A stretch of DNA of 10,252 bases from positions 1 to 10,252 of IMG/VR virus record IMGVR_UViG_2778261533_000005; one strand, 5' to 3'. Source of the DNA: a virus (taxonomy: Duplodnaviria > Heunggongvirae > Uroviricota > Caudoviricetes). Every line of letters starts with the position of its first letter. The first letter of the stretch is position 1. The notes under the pieces are model-generated. The model did not search any database. It was not told the origin of the DNA and was given only the letters and a program-made list of their open reading frames with translations. The translations under genes were made by a program, and so were the position numbers. Positions 7,995 through 10,252 of the stretch are shown here, in pieces.

Positions 7995-8013
7995 AAACGT
8001 TGGTTTGGGGGAA
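7988..8013 (+). other. crossover site 5 (direct orientation), 5' end of cassette 5
   Basis: CGCATGAAAACG-TT-GGTTTGGGGGAA. The left half is a variant because cassette 4 ends with TGA rather than TAG. Confidence 0.65.
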
Positions 8014-8481
8014 GGCTCTGCACTGCCCGTTGGTGTGCCTGTTCCGTGGCCCTCAGCCACACCGCCAACAGGGTGGCTGAAATGTAACGGTGCAGCATTT
8101 TCTTCTGAAATGTACCCCAAACTGGCAAAGGCTTATCCTACAAATAAACTACCGGATCTACGGGGTGAGTTTATCCGTGGCTGGGATGACGGGCGAGGGA
8201 TTGATGCAGGACGTGCTTTATTAAGCTTTCAAACTGGGATGCTGGAAAAACACCGCCATATTGTTGTAGCTAACGATGGGTATGACACAAAGGATGAATG
8301 GGAGTTGGCCACAATTTTCAAAAAAACATATACACAAGGACGGGGACTTGATGCCACAAGTACAGGCGGGAGTCTGATCCCATCACCGACACTTCATTCA
8401 CGAGGGAGTATTGGTAACACTGGTGGTAGTGAAACTCGCCCCCGCAATATCGCATTTAACTATATCGTGAGGGCGGCTTAA
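8005..8481 (+). CDS. silent alternative tail-fibre C-terminal cassette 5
   Basis: Conserved collar N-terminus, unique core, ETRPRNIAFNYIVRAA, TAA at 8479..8481. No crossover site follows it; the tfa gene converges 6 bp downstream. Confidence 0.75.
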   Translation: MGEGSALPVGVPVPWPSATPPTGWLKCNGAAFSSEMYPKLAKAYPTNKLPDLRGEFIRGWDDGRGIDAGRALLSFQTGMLEKHRHIVVANDGYDTKDEWELATIFKKTYTQGRGLDATSTGGSLIPSPTLHSRGSIGNTGGSETRPRNIAFNYIVRAA

Positions 8482-8487
8482 TTATAC

Positions 8488-9105
8488 TCAACTGGCTGCT
8501 GCCAGAGGCATTTCCGGCCAGTTGATATCCGGTGCAGTGCTGATGTCAGTCGCATTAAGCGTATCTATGAAATCAAGCACGGCGTTTAGTTTTTCCGTCT
8601 CCTGGGGCGTCAATCGGCGTCCGGCTCGTAGTTTGAGATTAATAAGCTCAACAGATGCCATTGCCTGTTCCTCAAGTTGCTGACGATGCGCTCCGGCAGC
8701 TTCCAGTTCTGCTGCGTGCTGTCGTCTCGTATCTGTCACCCAAATCTCACCATCCCAGACATCATAGATAGTAGCTGGCTGTTTCACCGTCGTATCAGGA
8801 GGGTAATCTCCCGGTTGTGTGATTTGCACAGCGTTACCATTCTCTGTGCTGTAAACCGTTTCGCCTCTGTGGTCTGGAACATATTTCCAGATGTTCTGGT
8901 CGGTATCACGACAGACAGCGAAGCCGGGGCGTTTTTCTGGTGGCGCGTCAATGCATGAGTGAGCCGGAATTCCAACACCATAAGCGAGATACTCAACAGT
9001 GGCAGAGAGATATTCACGGTTTTCAGCATCGTAGTTATAAACGGTAATATCGCCTGCAGTTATAGCGATACCATTCTGATCAAGTACTGCAGCAGCATTA
9101 TTCAT
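8488..9105 (-). CDS. tail fibre assembly protein (Tfa / Mu U-like chaperone)
   Basis: ATG at 9105..9103 overlaps the TAA of the inverted cassette (TAATG). 205 aa. The C-terminus DTLNATDISTAPDINWPEMP resembles the D.TSTAQDIEWPALP end I recall for E. coli TfaE-type chaperones. Confidence 0.85.
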   Translation of the reverse strand: MNNAAAVLDQNGIAITAGDITVYNYDAENREYLSATVEYLAYGVGIPAHSCIDAPPEKRPGFAVCRDTDQNIWKYVPDHRGETVYSTENGNAVQITQPGDYPPDTTVKQPATIYDVWDGEIWVTDTRRQHAAELEAAGAHRQQLEEQAMASVELINLKLRAGRRLTPQETEKLNAVLDFIDTLNATDISTAPDINWPEMPLAAAS

Positions 9106-9608
9106 TAAGTAGCCCTTACAATATAGTTAAACGCAATATTACGGGGGCGGTTTTCCGTTCCTGTATTCCCTCCGTTGGCACCTAATCTATAAACACCACG
9201 AGTGCCAATAGCACGTAGTGAAGATGGAACTTTTACACCTGACTCATCTGTTTTAACAATCCCGCCATCACCGTATGTAGCCAGTATACCAGGGTTTGTT
9301 CCTGCACGGGTGTTGTTTGCGGCAAGCCCTTCACCAGTCCATAACTCCATATAATGAATATGATCTATAACCGAATGTGATTGTGCATTAAGCAAGGAAC
9401 GCCCTGAATCAATTCCCCGCCCATCATCCCAGCCACGAATAAACTCACCCCGTAAATCCGGTAATTTATTGGTGGGGTAAGCCTTTGCCAGTTTGGGGTA
9501 CATTTCAGAAGAAAATGCTGCGCCGTTACATTTCAGCCACCCTGTTGGCGGTGTGGCTGAGGGCCACGGAACAGGCACACCAACGGGTAGTGCAGAGCCT
9601 TCCCCCAA
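9105..9608 (-). CDS. silent alternative tail-fibre C-terminal cassette M in inverted orientation, followed by tfa
   Basis: Minus-strand frame open from crossover site M to TAA at 9107..9105. N-terminus near-identical to the other cassettes (GEGSALPVGVPVPWPSATPPTGWLKCNGAAFSSEMYPKLAKAYPTNKLPDLRGEFIRGWDDGRGID), unique core, ends ENRPRNIAFNYIVRAT. No own start codon. Confidence 0.8.
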   Translation of the reverse strand: MGEGSALPVGVPVPWPSATPPTGWLKCNGAAFSSEMYPKLAKAYPTNKLPDLRGEFIRGWDDGRGIDSGRSLLNAQSHSVIDHIHYMELWTGEGLAANNTRAGTNPGILATYGDGGIVKTDESGVKVPSSLRAIGTRGVYRLGANGGNTGTENRPRNIAFNYIVRAT

Positions 9609-9625
9609 ACCAACGTTTTCGTCTT
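9600..9625 (-). other. crossover site M (inverted relative to sites 1-5)
   Basis: Plus strand reads TTCCCCCAAACC-AA-CGTTTTCGTCTT, the reverse complement of AAGACGAAAACG-TT-GGTTTGGGGGAA. It is the only site with its asymmetric core inverted, so it is the only direct inversion partner for site 1 in this configuration. Confidence 0.7.
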
Positions 9626-9679
9626 AACTCCCACCTATACCAGCTATGTATTTTTAACAAAACAAAGAGGATATTTTTC

Positions 9680-10252
9680 ATGCAAATTGGCTACATTCGT
9701 GTGTCAACAAATGACCAGAATACAGATTTACAACGAAACGCACTGAACTGCGCAGGATGTGAACTGATTTTTGAGGATAAAATCAGCGGAACAAAGTCAG
9801 CCCGACCGGGATTGAAAAAGCTGCTCAGAACGTTATCAGAAGGAGATACGCTCGTTGTCTGGAAGCTGGACAGGCTGGGCAGAAGCATGAAACACCTCAT
9901 CACTCTTATTGAGGAACTGCGGGAAAAAGGGGTTAACTTCCGTAGTCTTACAGACAGCATTGATACGTCAACACCCATGGGACGTTTCTTTTTTCACGTC
10001 ATGGGGGCTTTAGCGGAAATGGAGCGTGAATTAATAGTTGAACGAACACTGGCCGGACTTGAAGCAGCACGTGCACAGGGGCGTATTGGTGGACGTCGTC
10101 CGAAACTGACAAAAGAGCAACATGAACAAATAGCAAGGCTGATCAAAAATGGCTATAGCAGGAAACAGTTGGCAATTATTTACGATATCGGTATATCGAC
10201 GATTTATCGTTATCACCCTGTAGAGGAACTTCAAACTCAAGCTGATTTGTAA
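9680..10252 (+). CDS. site-specific DNA invertase, serine recombinase of the Gin/Pin/Cin/Hin family
   Basis: ATG at 9680 with AAGAGGA at 9664..9670. N-terminal IGYIRVSTNDQNTDLQRNAL holds the catalytic-serine motif. Long identical stretches to the Gin/Pin sequences as I recall them (GDTLVVWKLDRLGRSMKHLI, SLTDSIDTS.PMGRFFFHVMGALAEMERELI.ERT.AGL.AAR), plus a C-terminal helix-turn-helix. TAA at 10250..10252. The ORF-track start at 9485 is an upstream in-frame extension, rejected. Confidence 0.95.
   Translation: MQIGYIRVSTNDQNTDLQRNALNCAGCELIFEDKISGTKSARPGLKKLLRTLSEGDTLVVWKLDRLGRSMKHLITLIEELREKGVNFRSLTDSIDTSTPMGRFFFHVMGALAEMERELIVERTLAGLEAARAQGRIGGRRPKLTKEQHEQIARLIKNGYSRKQLAIIYDIGISTIYRYHPVEELQTQADL

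Larger units (their letters stand above)
5893..9625. other. multiple-inversion (shufflon-like) tail-fibre host-range region: 6 crossover sites, 6 alternative C-terminal cassettes, 1 tfa
   Basis: Bounded by site 1 and inverted site M. The segment carries cassettes 1-5 in tandem, then tfa and cassette M on the opposite strand, with the invertase gene immediately outside. Confidence 0.7.

Noticed and set aside
5900-8481. CRISPR array or other non-coding tandem repeat as explanation for the periodic repeats
   Set aside because: The repeat units are 470-600 bp, each is a continuous open reading frame with conserved protein motifs, and the only short exact repeats are the 14-26-bp crossover sites at irregular spacing. 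Not CRISPR-like.
5418-9608. Diversity-generating retroelement (template and variable repeats in a fibre gene)
   Set aside because: No reverse transcriptase gene is in the window, the variation between copies is not adenine-specific, and variation spans whole cores rather than point positions. An adjacent serine invertase with matching sites explains the repeats better.
9485-9679. ORF-track 5' extension of the invertase (MPVWGTFQKKMLRR...)
   Set aside because: The extension runs through crossover site M and the antisense of cassette M. The ATG at 9680 has a good Shine-Dalgarno and begins the canonical MQIGYIRVSTNDQ invertase N-terminus.
1-10252. Insertion sequence or transposon boundaries (terminal inverted repeats, transposase)
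   Set aside because: No transposase-like ORF was seen. The only inverted repeats are the crossover sites, and the serine recombinase is of the small invertase type with adjacent cognate sites.

Overview
This window reads as a Mu-like prophage segment, probably a rearranged remnant. On the minus strand (1-1595) sits an overlapping early/middle operon ending in gemA- and mor-like regulators. On the plus strand (1725-5415) is a translationally coupled baseplate module in Mu/P2 order: hub (gpD-like), spike (gpV), gpW, gpJ, gpI. From 5418 to the end is the most interesting part: a tail-fibre gene whose C-terminal receptor-binding domain appears to be exchangeable. The expressed fibre carries cassette 1; four more start-less cassettes follow in tandem on the same strand, and a sixth lies inverted with the only tail-fibre assembly (tfa) gene. 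Each cassette begins at a 26-bp site resembling the gix/hix/pix sites of Hin-family invertases, and a Gin/Pin/Cin-like serine invertase gene closes the window. I interpret this as a six-cassette multiple-inversion, shufflon-like host-range switch. No head, sheath, tube, tape-measure, rRNA, tRNA or CRISPR features were seen. All protein assignments rest on reading the supplied translations and remembered family motifs; no database search was run.
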